Assembly: GCA_949358305.1 (NCBI GenBank)
Contig: OX442314.1
Location: 20,150,001-20,214,000 of the forward strand
Length of the DNA stretch: 64,000 nucleotides
Origin: Strigamia acuminata
Lineage: Eukaryota
Direction: 5' to 3'
The notes beneath the pieces are model-generated. The model worked only from the letters and a program-made list of their open reading frames with translations, was not told where the DNA came from and ran no database searches. This document shows, one piece after another, positions 21,341-33,200 of this stretch. A program made the position numbers and the translations under genes. The stretch's first letter is position 1. Each line of letters begins with the position of its first letter.

Positions 21341-24300
21341 ATGTTTAAAACCTTAGGAATTGTAATTCTGTTGATTGTTTTTATTGTCACATTGACTAAA
21401 GTAAATTCATACGGGTTATTTATTTTTGTAGACACAATTTTTCATAATTTATCCACAGTTTTAATTGCATTTTACAGGGTCAATTCACACATTATTACGA
21501 AAAAAAAACATCTAAAGGCGGTAAGTAAACTGCTCATATTACTCAAACATTTATTCAAATATTTTTTTTTGGGTAATTTTTTGAAAAATTGGAAAAATTT
21601 GACCGAATTATTCTCTTTTAAATTAAAAAAAAATAGTACGACATGCTGCTTAAGTGAGAACGAAATGAATACCTAATTAAAAAGTGTTAAACTATCGTGT
21701 TCAACTTGTTTGAAGCATAAACCAATGTTAAGAAATCAGATCTACAATAATCTATAATATATTTTATTTAGAGTTTGATGACGAACATGAACTCGAAGAA
21801 AACCTGCACCAGGACCATTACAGTCATCATTCCCCACATAAAGACAACTCTAACGATAAATATGATGCTGCCATGAAAAAACTCGACAATTTCGGAAATC
21901 CTTCCCCACAAGGAGACAGGTATCAGGGTAAATGGGATTCTGCCGTAGATCGACTATCACATTTCGCAAGTCATTCCCCACAAAGAGACACGTATCAGGA
22001 CAAACTGGCATCTGCCGTAAATCGACTAGACAATATAGGAAGTAATTACCGTATTTCTTCGATTCTAAGGCGCACTTTTCCCCCCATATAAACATCTCTA
22101 AAAACGGGGTCCCTCCTACAATCGACGGCGTCTTAGAATCGAAGAAATACAGTTCAATAAAATCTTAACCGGAAACAAAATATTTTCAATTAGTTTTGAG
22201 AATATTAATGATTTCAATAAAATTCCTAATGCAAACAAACCTCTTCCAGCAACCTTTAACGATGCATCAAGAGGCATTGGAGGAAGATCAGCAATATCCA
22301 ACACTTTACAAGATGAACAAAGTGTAATAGTGCCTCTTACAGAAGATGGAATAACAAAATATATAAAAGTTATTCCCTTAGCACCGTCTGAATTGCTTGG
22401 TAGAAGTATTGATAACACAAATGGGGATGTAATTTTGGTGTCAGTGCCCGTCACACAAGATGGAAAGACAACGTACATCGAGGTGCCTGCACGAAACCCT
22501 CTAAGTTCCCGTGGTATACCTAAGGATCAATATCAACCGTCCGCAGATAATCCATACGATGCAAGTGGTCGACAAAGTGTATTAGTGCCTATTACAAAAG
22601 ATGGGATAACAGAATACATAGACGTTATTCCCTTAGCACCGTCTGAATTACGTGGTAAAAGTATTGATAACACAAATGGGGATGTATTTATGGTATCGGT
22701 GCCCATTACACAAAATGGAGAGACAACATACATCGAGGTGCCTGCAAGACGCCCTTTAAGTTCCCGTGGTACATCCAAATTTCTTACTGCGAGAGAAGCG
22801 AATTTAGAGGATGGCGAGCCTCAATCAAAGCCAGAAGCAGATCGTCCGAACGATACGCATAGTGAACCAAGTGTAATAGGGCCTATTACAGAAGGTGGGG
22901 AAACAACATTCGTCGTAGCAGATCGTCCGAACGATGCGCAAAGTGAACCAAGTGTAATAGGGCCTATTACAGAAGATGGAGAGACAACATTCGTCGATGT
23001 ACCTGCACAAAACCCTTTAAATTCCACTGATGCACCTGTGAATGAAACTCAATCATTCGACGATGACCTTACTCCGAAAAGAGTGTATGTAGAGCCTCAA
23101 TACCAAGACTATGACTACGAACCTACGATCCAAATACAACCGCATCCGACGAACCAGGACTACGAAAGTAGGATAAAAGCCCTAGAAGCACTCCTTCTGA
23201 ATCAAAACGTGCAGACGAATACAGGAAATACATTCAATAATAGACCAAACATGCAGACGAATACAGGAAATGCATTCAATAATAGACCAAACATGCAGAC
23301 GAATACAGGAAATACATTCAATAATAGACCAAACATGCAGACGAATACAGGAAATGCATTCAATAATAGACCAAACGTGCAGACGAATACAGGAAATACA
23401 TTCAATAATAGACCAAAGGTGCAGACGAATGTAGGAAATCTATTCAATAAGATGCCAAACGTGCAGGCGAATATAGCAAATGCATTCAATAAGAAACCAA
23501 AATGGCAGCAGTCAGTAGATAATACCAATCAGTACAAGAATAGATATGTGCAACCACCAAGAAAACCGAACGTAGTATTTAATTGGGATTCAAACCCACA
23601 AAACGGAAGTCCTTACTTTAGCATGAATTCAGTTGTAAGTTCACAACCGTTTAAACAAGAAGTATATTCCCCCACAAATCAACGTGACAAAAAAAAGAAA
23701 GGATACAATCAGAACGCTGGATATAATTCCAATTCGGCTGCATTCCCTGCAAGTTCATACAACAAACTAACTGACACAGTAAATAGTGCATTTAATAATA
23801 TAGAATCGATATCACAAATGTATACTACAGGGGGTGGATTAAATGCAAATCTAAACCAGAATAACGTATTTTCGCCCAATCTTGGAAATATTGGTAACAT
23901 CGGCATCATTGGGCGTGGTATGAAGGAAAGAAACGATGGACCACAAACGAGAAGTGGTAAATTGCATACAACATAATTTTTAATGCAATTATTATATTGT
24001 GATCTCATTTGGTAATTTATTATTTTTAACTGCATATAGGATTTAGGATAACAAAAGACACAACGAATAAAATAAACGCAAATGCCAAATATAAATACCT
24101 TTCTGAATCGAAAGAAAGGAGAATCGCAGCTGCTAGATCGCCGATGGTTTACTTTAATGACCACCTCCATCATGATAACAGTAACAGTAAAAAGCAGAAT
24201 GCACGAGCGCCCAGTGTCATAGGTGAGTTGAATGAAAAGACAGCAGGTTAAATTAAATTAATGCTGATCAACTGACTGATTTCTGGTAAAATTTTAAACT

Positions 24301-24959
24301 CTCTCAAAACGTTGGTATATTTGGAAGAGGATTAAATATTCCAAAAAATATGGCCAAAAGTAAGTGATAATACCGTAATGTTATTTTCATTGTCATCGAC
24401 TTAAAATCAACACATACAATATTATGACTCCATGTTTCAATACACAATTTTCAATTGATTTTATACAATACACAAAAAAATCAAATGTACAATACTTAAA
24501 TTTACACTGTAGAGAAATATTAGTGGACATTTCAATTTAGTGCACTCAAACAGTAAGTGTAATTTATAGTACATTTAGTTTATATAGTAGTATAAATATA
24601 AATAGTGTAGTAAGTAAAAATATAGTAAAAGTAAGTTATTTTTAAGTGTAAAATCCATGGAATCCATTCACCAATAATTAATCTCCCAATATTATTGTTC
24701 ATATTTTAGCTTACTATAATAGACTTCAAAAAGAACCTCAATCTAGGTATTAACACTTCTATTGTGCAAAAATTCTTTTTTTTTTAAACTTATTTTTAGT
24801 TCTAGTAGCTCTAGTAGCTCCAGCAGTTCTAGTAGCTCTAGTAGCTCTAGCAGTTCTAGCAGCTCTAGTAGTTCTAGTAGCTCTTCAAGTGAAGATAGCA
24901 CTTCGAGTGACGGAAGCTCATCCTCAGAATTGTCATTTACTGAAGCTAATTGGGGGTGA
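21341..24959 (+). CDS. Secreted low-complexity protein family copy C (poly-Ser tail); large exon interrupted by a MITE
   Basis: Exons 21341-21400 (MFKTLGIVILLIVFIVTLTK), 21478-21520, 21772-~23956 (broken at 22047-22154), ~24040-24222, 24710-24746, 24800-24959; splice phases parallel copy B. Confidence 0.7.
22047..22154. mobile_element. 104-bp MITE plus target duplication (TA-CCGTATTT termini) inside a coding exon
   Basis: CCGTATTTCTTCGATTCTAAGGCGC / GCGTCTTAGAATCGAAGAAATACAG inverted repeat (2 mismatches); removing 22049-22154 restores a continuous frame. Confidence 0.85.
22318..23000 (+). repeat. Coding internal repeats of copy C: 255-bp x2 and 81-bp x2
   Basis: CAAAGTGTA.TAGTGCCT at 22318 and 22573; GCAGATCGTCCGAACGAT at 22837 and 22918. 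Confidence 0.85.
23206..23499 (+). repeat. 42-bp coding tandem repeat x7 (N[VM]QTNTGN[TA]FNNRP)
   Basis: Direct reading; the first five units are nearly identical and the last two diverged. Confidence 0.95.
24798..24890 (+). repeat. Poly-serine tract (31 codons) built from TCT-AGY-AGY 9-mers
   Basis: ORF 24762-24959; the tract mixes TCN and AGY codons. Confidence 0.9.
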
Positions 24960-26530
24960 TTGACCTTGTAAATTAAATGTAAACTGAATTTATAAAATGT
25001 CAGTTGAAACGTTTTTTTATTTATAAGCTGTAGGTATTATGTTCATATCCTTTAAGGAAATAAAACAATTTATGGAATATTTTTATAGTTTAGTGTATTA
25101 GTTAAAACGCAAAATTAAAGTTAGACCAAATTTTTTTTTTTGGACCAAAAATTCATACTAGGCCCAAAAAATTCATTCCGAGGCCAAAAAATAAAAATTT
25201 CTAAGCCAATAGCTATCTTTTTTTCTCCAAAAAATACCTTTTCCAGTGAAAAAAATGCATTTATTTACCATAACTGTAATGCATGAACTAACGTGATGCA
25301 CATTGCACTTTATCAATAATAATTCAGTAATACCGTAAATAAAAATTCCTACCTTTGCTGTTTTCGTGATTGAATGTGCTCGTAGTTGTCTTGCAATCCG
25401 TACTAATTTTCCTTTGATCCAATCTTCTTATTTCGTCAGAAAAGTCAAACAAAAGTTCGGCGAAGCTAAAAATCAGAAACAATTTTTAAAAAAAAAGACC
25501 GATAACTTTAGTTGTCGGATTTTATTTACTTTACCTCATGTTCGTTTTACTTACCGGAAATCATAATTGAAATTGAATCGAACGAAGATCATCAAATATC
25601 ATTTTCTTCCACCGAATTGCAATTTGCAATTCAGTACAAATTTGAAAAATATCATGGACGCCCGACATCTCGTCTCGAGTCTCGCCCGCCCTCGATGGGT
25701 GTCAATTTCCTCTTCCCACGTGACAGATGAGATGCCTATAATGGTAAGGTGTTTGAAGATGTGTATTTTTTAAGCTTTATCTGAGAGCAAACAAATACAG
25801 TGGCAAGAAATGCGTTCGTTTTGCGAAAGACATTGCTCAAGACAGGAAGTTAACTTATCGCTTCGTCAAAACCGATCTGGCGCCAAAAAATCAAAGTGGA
25901 ATGTCTGATGAGGAGCGTTGTTATAGTGGTTAGTTCCTAAAATTGACACTAGATAAGTGAGTGAACAAAAACTGGAAAATACCGTAAGCAATATACACAA
26001 TGTATTTAATAAAAATAAATGCCGTGTTTCCTCGAATAAGAGTACAGTACGGTTAGTTCTCAAACAAATGTAAAGAACGAAACGAAAAACAGAAATTGCA
26101 TTTCCGAACGAATGCGGCGATTATCGTTCCAATTCCAACAGTTCATTTCTAGGTTTAATTATTATTCCACAACAATCAGCTTAATATCTGATAGTTGTTG
26201 AGAGCTTCATTCAGGGCCCAGAATTTTAAACTGATTTTTGGAACCGGGTGGGGTGCTTGGAGCTTGCTCCACCCTTGCCACTAGTTGGCCTGGTTTTGCA
26301 GAACCGCCAGGTGATCAGCCTACTCCTTCGGGAGAAATAAATAAAAATAAAAAAAACTTTATTGGATTTATAATTTATTTGCATAATTTGCGCTCAATGG
26401 ATGCACTTGAAATTCGACCGCTTGTTTCAGGTCCTGAATATGATTTACAACCATTAAAATCTGAGAGTTTATTTCATTACGGCATAATTACATTGTTTGC
26501 AGCCAGGAATTATCCAATGAAAATTTAAAA

Positions 26531-27154
26531 ATGTGCGCGCAACATTATTTCTTTTTTGTTCTTACGATTTTTGCTCAACAACAAATAACATATCAAGAGT
26601 GGGACTTGTATCCACCACTGGATGGGCTTCCTTCCACTTCCTTCCGAAGAGCCGACCAACATCGAAACGTAGCCAAAGACAGAAGTACACCTCAAATAAT
26701 ACTTGATTTAGCAACTAATTTTCTCGAACTGGTACACAGATCTCATCCTAAATTTAAACTTATACTGGGAGATGGATATAAACATCCAACTTTTCAAAAA
26801 GGCGTCAAGTTAATGAAATCGACATCAAAACAGTCTGCACACTCTGCACCCCGTGATAATTTCCGACCAGCAGAATCCCCGACGGAAGACTCTGACGGGG
26901 ATCAAGTCTTCTTGCGAAGTTTCGCTGATGGTCCTGTTTACAAGCCGAAAGTCGATAAAGGTTTTGATGGTTTTGGAGGGAAACACGTGCGTCCATTCGA
27001 AACTCACGATAAAGTGTCTTTTCCAGAATTGGAAAAAAGACCTGACAGAGGGGGTACAGCTGTGTTGCGTCATGATAAAGATGATAAACCTGTGTTGAGT
27101 CATGATAAAGATGATAAACCTGTGTTGAGTCATGATAAAGATGGTAAAAATTAA
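26531..27154 (+). CDS. Unknown 207-aa protein, possibly secreted, ending in three 10-aa repeats (VL[RS]HDKDDKP)
   Basis: Open frame with AAAATG context, short hydrophobic N-terminus, 30-bp x3 repeat at 27061-27144, AATAAA just after the stop; no family recognised. Confidence 0.5.
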   Translation: MCAQHYFFFVLTIFAQQQITYQEWDLYPPLDGLPSTSFRRADQHRNVAKDRSTPQIILDLATNFLELVHRSHPKFKLILGDGYKHPTFQKGVKLMKSTSKQSAHSAPRDNFRPAESPTEDSDGDQVFLRSFADGPVYKPKVDKGFDGFGGKHVRPFETHDKVSFPELEKRPDRGGTAVLRHDKDDKPVLSHDKDDKPVLSHDKDGKN

Positions 27155-27266
27155 ATAAAAAGAAATGAAATGAATAAAAAAAATTTATTGTACTTCAATT
27201 TAAAAAAAGATTATTATTTTTCTGAAATTTCTCCACAAATCCAAAACTTATTTTATTTTTTCGCCC

Positions 27267-30200
27267 TTAATTATCTAACTGGCAAAGTGCAGCCACACCT
27301 CGGTTTATCCAATGGGATTGCGGCTGTTTGCTCGGTAACTCAACGCTCATCACGTAATTTGAACTATGACCAGTGGTTGCCAGTACGCCACGACGCGCAC
27401 TGGTCTTGTACAAGGGACAAGCGTAAGTTGCAGTTGGAACAAACTGTGTTTTAATTCCTGGCCTCAACCAAATGATAGGAATCGTGTCGAACAAGATCTT
27501 CGGATATGATTCATTTAGCGCGCGAGTTTGTCTGTCATACCGACAGCCTTCAAGAAACAGCCCCTGAGAATTAAATTTAATAACAACAATGCAATAATAT
27601 ATTTAATATATATATATATACTGTAATATAAGCTCCATCTTCAGGTTTCGCTTGTTTGTCAGTCTCTTCCTCTTCCACTTGGAACTCAAATCCAACTTGA
27701 TCGATTGGAATTTTGTACTTTCTTGCGTAGTTCTGATTGACTCCGGTCAGAAATGATTGCGTAAAATAAAATCCAGACAGCCAAAACACAGTCGGTATAC
27801 CCTTATCGATCCAATTTTGCAAAAATTGTAACCTAGAGATATTTAAAAAAATTTGACCATCTAAATACATTTGTTTTAAAAAACGGAGAAATCAGTCGTT
27901 CAACCTTGCTAAGAAATCGCCGACGTAACCACCCAGTGGTTTCAGTGACGGGTAAGATTTTCCTAACCACAAAGCTGGAACTCTTCCCAGCAACATTCCA
28001 TTAAAAACCTCGTCCAATTCACCCGACATAATTATGAGGCCTTTAATCGCTTTCTGCACATCTTGCAGCGATGATCTTATCACTGCTGTTAATCGGTTGA
28101 AACGGATCAATTCTTGTCGCAATACTGTGTTCATTGATTCGTGATACATAATAGGAAACAATTCTCCAATCTAAAAAAATTATTCATCAAATTATTCTGT
28201 GGATTTAAAATTAATTTTGTAAATTTACTTGAAATATATCAAAATTGGGTGGAATCTTGCCCAACATGTCCTCTGCCAAACCAATAACCATATCTCCAGT
28301 GGCACCTGCACCACCAGCACTTTGTCTTGGTTGTGTAAGAAGAATGCTATCAAATAACTACAAAAGAAGAAAAAAATAAATGTTTTAAAAATATATACCG
28401 TAAAGCTTCAAATTGGAACCTGGGGTCCGTTTAAACGCCGGGGGAGGGGTCGCGTCTGGCCCGATTAAGCGCCAGGGTACTAAAAACCACCGATTTTTCG
28501 AATATTCCACTTGGCCGAGATTCAAACAAGCGCCGGGAGGGGTCGGGTGCGAAAGATAAACAAACACCCGGGCCACAATATGAAGCTTTATGGTATACAT
28601 ACTAAATAAATAGTACCAGACTCGATTCCTTATTATCTTTTGTAATATCAGCATTTTCGTGAAGACCGAACACTTCGGGTCTTGCAGTAAGTGGTAACGA
28701 CCGGATATATTCAATAAACCCTTCGTACGTTTCGGTTTTCGGCGCGTAATAAATGCCACTGCTTGACAGTCTACACACAAAACAACAGCAAAATTTAGAA
28801 ATTCATGAAATTCAAAAATATAATACTTATAATCCTCATCGTCGATTATTTGTTTGTTATAAAACACATCCAAAAGAGAGCTTATAAGTCGTCGATCCTT
28901 ATCATCGGTGACGCGTCCACCGTAATTACACTCGCCAGCCAAATATTTCAACGCTGTCAATGCAATGTCGTCGTAATCATTTAAAAACATCTGAAGCTGC
29001 TGCATACAGATGCGTAAATCAGATTCATTAAATTCGTATGGAATGTTCCATCCCAAAGGTCCAAAATTTCTCCTTTCCTGAATAAGTGCGTGGAAAAGAC
29101 AGAGTCCAAACAGTAGCTTTTGCCACGGATGTTTCTTCGTGCATCCTTCAAAAAATGCCGGATCGCTGATGGGATCCGTCAAATACGAACGCAGTAAATT
29201 ATTTCTGAGACCTTTCGGAGGCTCATTAGTCATTTTAATTCCTAAAAAAAAAGAATAAAATCAATTTAATCACATATTTTCAGAATTGAGGTAATTATAC
29301 GTGCCATTTTGTAAAATAGACACCGGAAAATCATTACTGGGATAACTAGTGCACCAAATTCGAAAACTAAGATTCACTTTGTCAGGCACAATGACATCGG
29401 CACAATATTTCTCTAATTGGGGCATCCAACTAGCAGCTAAATGACAATTTTGAAGAACAACCCATGTGCCCTCAATAATTCCGCGTTCGATCATAGATGC
29501 TGCGACAGGACCCTTTTAAACACATAAAAACTCAATTTAATTTTTATTTTTAATTTTTTAAGAAATAATCATTTACCTGTCCCTGGCCGAGGGAAATTGT
29601 TTCAATCCTGGAAGCATCGTAACCCCGTTCCTCGCCAAACTTGAACAAAGCTGCGCTTGGATCAGATCCTTTGGACAAAATGAAAATAAGAGGTGTGCAG
29701 CAGTTGGAATCGGCATACGACGCCGGTAAATCAAATCCCGGTGGTTCGATGTAGTCCTGACCAATTTTTTTGCTTATGTAAGACTATAGAAAAAAAGTAT
29801 ATATTTAATTTAGATTCGAGGTTAATTTATGCACTGATTTACTTGAAATGCTGGAATAAGTTTATCCGGTCTGAAAAATCGGAGAATTAACAGACGATCC
29901 ATATCTTGAACTTTATTCCACGGATCAGGATAGTCGATTTCGTGAGGCACCGGAGAATCATACAAAACTTTCCACTGATTAATATTTTGTTGAACATCTA
30001 TTTAATGTGTTAGTAATTACTTTAATGACTTTAACGAGTAAATGAAACAAACTTACGCAAATACAATCCTGGTAAACCAGGTAAATTCGAAGCTCGAATG
30101 ATTTCTGACCAGCTTTTAGAAGACAACCAACTTGGTGCTGGGTTTGGAATCTTCATTTCAAAAGCAATGCCACCGGTTAATAAAAACTGCCACGTTTCCT

Positions 30201-33200
30201 CGTGAATTTCAGACCTTAACAAACAAATATTAAATTTAAAAATTATATGTATGGTACAAAAACATTATGCACCTAAATATAAAAATAATAAATAAACGAA
30301 AAACTCACCTCCCTTTTAATATACCGATACAAAGAATTGTTGAAAACAGCAATTTATCCTTTTCAAACAAGGACCTGCACACATTTCTGTAAATGCTCCT
30401 CGTAAAATTCTCGTTTAAGTTTATAATTCGTTTTGCTAAATGCATGGATGGTTTGCTGGTAGCAATCGACTGAAATTAAAAGTGTAATAAGAATTCAGAC
30501 AAAATGATTGAAAAAATCTGCAAATATTGTAGCATACCGTGAGATACATGCCAATAAACCAGTTGAGTGAATATTGATACATGGGATCGATGTTTGCTAA
30601 TTCCGTTATACAGAAAAACAAAATGGAAGAATGCATCGCAACGGGTCTGTAGCCATTTCTGGTCTCATCAATTTCGATTTCAGTTTTAGCAGCAACAGCC
30701 TCCTTAGCGAAAATCTCTTCGGAGAGGATTTTGGATGAAGAGAGAACATTAATGGCTGTTTCATCTTCCAAAATATTACCCTAAAAATATATATATATTT
30801 TTTTAAATTAAAATTTTTCCATTATAAAATGTTAAGATTGAATTTTACCTCGGAAGACAATACTTTGAGAATTTTATCCTCAATTTCGTTCAGGAGTTGT
30901 TTATTAGCTGCGCTCTCAAGAATAAGCAGATTTTTTTTTTCTTCGAGCTCTGGTTTTTCTTGAGCAGCAACAATTCCCAATAACTGATCCTCCAAACCCA
31001 AAGGAGTAATCATAAAATTCAAAATGACCACCTGTTTTTAGTAAACATAAATACATTTTTATTTCTTTTTAGACGAAAAAATATTTAAAAAAAAATACCT
31101 TGACAGTCGTTTCTGGTAAATAATGGGGGTTTCTCATCCTTGTGGTCATATAGAATAAAAACTGCGGATTGTATTGAATTACATTCTCCCCTAACCGCAT
31201 AAATTCACCATGTCCTTTCCTAAAAGTCACTTTGAGCAGAACAGCATCTAATGCAGGTTCTAATTCTTCTCCTATTTCTTCCATAAGAACAGGATATCCA
31301 AACTGAATCGCAGTTTCCACCGTACGCATGAAATTCCCATCAGTAGGTTTAATAATTTGCAAATTGTTTGCCTTTTCCATGTTTTTCACCCATTTGTTTG
31401 CTTGACCTGTTAAAAATATAAACTAAATTAGATATTTTATTAACAAATCAATGTTTTCAATATTCCCAACCTTGGGGATCGATCATTAAAGGCCATCGTC
31501 TGCCATTAGTTACAATTATACCATTATCAATCGAGAAATTATCAACTGGCAACCCAGCAATTTTCCACAATCGAATCTTAACGGGGTCTCCCAACACGCT
31601 TATAATCGAGAATTTCCGCGAACACTTAATGTCGAGTAACAAACATTCCTTTTGCCACGCACTGACTAATTCCTGTAATTAAAAAAATAATAATAATCAC
31701 CACTTCAATTACAACTCAATCCAATAAATCTGACATTTCTAAATTCCACGCTAAATGCGCCGAGATACGCAATCACACCGGACGACAACAAAACGTCACC
31801 GGTCACGTTGACAAATCTCTCTCTCAATTCCACAGCAGACTGACTCCATCTTTCAAATTCTCCGCCAAGCCCTCCTATCAGTACTTCAGCGCGAATCAAT
31901 TTCTTCGAGCACAATTCGATGTTGTCTTCCAATCCTTTCTTTTTTCTCGTCATCGCCATGAAATAATCATTCAGAGATTGCAATTTGTCCGTCACCTATA
32001 AATTATTAGCACATTAAACATTTATTTCCTGCAAGCTGTATAAAAAAACAAACAATACGTACCCCCTTTAACACCTTTCTCTTCTCATTCAATTTTTCCA
32101 TCTGAATTCCCAATTCCGCCTCCGCTTGCGCCAAGCTCTCTTTTTTCGGTCCCACGACTTTGATCACGCGATCGTACACTTCCATCGCTCGAACCCACTT
32201 ACAAAGACCCTCGCAGGCAGACGACATTGTGCGAATGATGTTCGGATCAAACAATGGGTTTGTCACATATTTTGTTCTAATCAAATTGATCACATTCTGT
32301 GGAATGTTGTCTTTATCGAACGATCTGAGCGCATCCAAAAACTTCAAATCTCCCAACAGCTTTTGCGAGGGCGTCCAATAGTCTTCCAACATTTTTCCCG
32401 TTCCCGCCGGATCGGGTTTACGTGCTGCTGGAACTCCCTTCATTATACAAATTGCTTCCATCACCAATTTGATGCCAACAGGCGGATTCTGCCCAAATGA
32501 AATAGAATTAATCACAAAAAAAATTAATATTTCAGTTTTTATACTTTCATGGCTTTAACCAACGTAATATCTTGTGGTTTCAACGTGTTTAACGCCTGAA
32601 CAGCCATTTCTAAAGCGGGAATTGCTTCCGTTAAGTCGTGTTCGCATTCGTCCTTAATTTTCTGCGCCGCAGCCGCAGCGGCGTTTGCAACCGCTTCGTC
32701 CGCAGCAACGACTTCCTTGGTCGCTTCTACTCCTACTGTGTCCTGCTCAATTTTTATCATCAATTTCTCAGTTTCTGCTGACGTGATGACTAATTGCGGT
32801 TGTAATGCGTGCAATTCTTCTTGCATGATTGCCACTTGGGATTGCGCAAACTCCAGTTTCTGCAATCCGCTTACGTACCGATTCTTCAGCATGTCGATTT
32901 CAGTAGTTTTTAAACCAATCAGCTTCTTAAATGTTAAAATAAGTTCCAAGTAGGATGTTGGGGTGACGTAATTATGACGTCGGAGCATGTCCAAAAACCT
33001 TCAGAATAAATTCGACGATTAAAAACAAATATTTCGGCCAATTTCTTTACAAATAAAACACTTCTACCTACGAGACGCAACGATAACTGACTCGTGGATC
33101 CCTTTGCATATGACAGTACACTTTTTCTTTACGAGGGGCTCCAACTCCACTTCCTCCAAAAATTTCTCAGCGACTCTTTCCAGTGCATCAGCTGGCCACA

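Noticed and set aside
18581..23976. Neuropeptide precursor interpretation of the repeats (YDMG, FNNRP)
   Set aside because: The repeats are not flanked by regular G-K/R-R amidation or cleavage sites
22116..24173. Minus-strand ORFs over copy C, and similar antisense ORFs over copia, dynein and MRE11
   Set aside because: Shadows of the real coding strand and its repeats, with no independent motifs
25330..26520. Short ORFs or exons upstream of the 26531 ORF
   Set aside because: No consistent spliced model could be built and no motifs were recognisable
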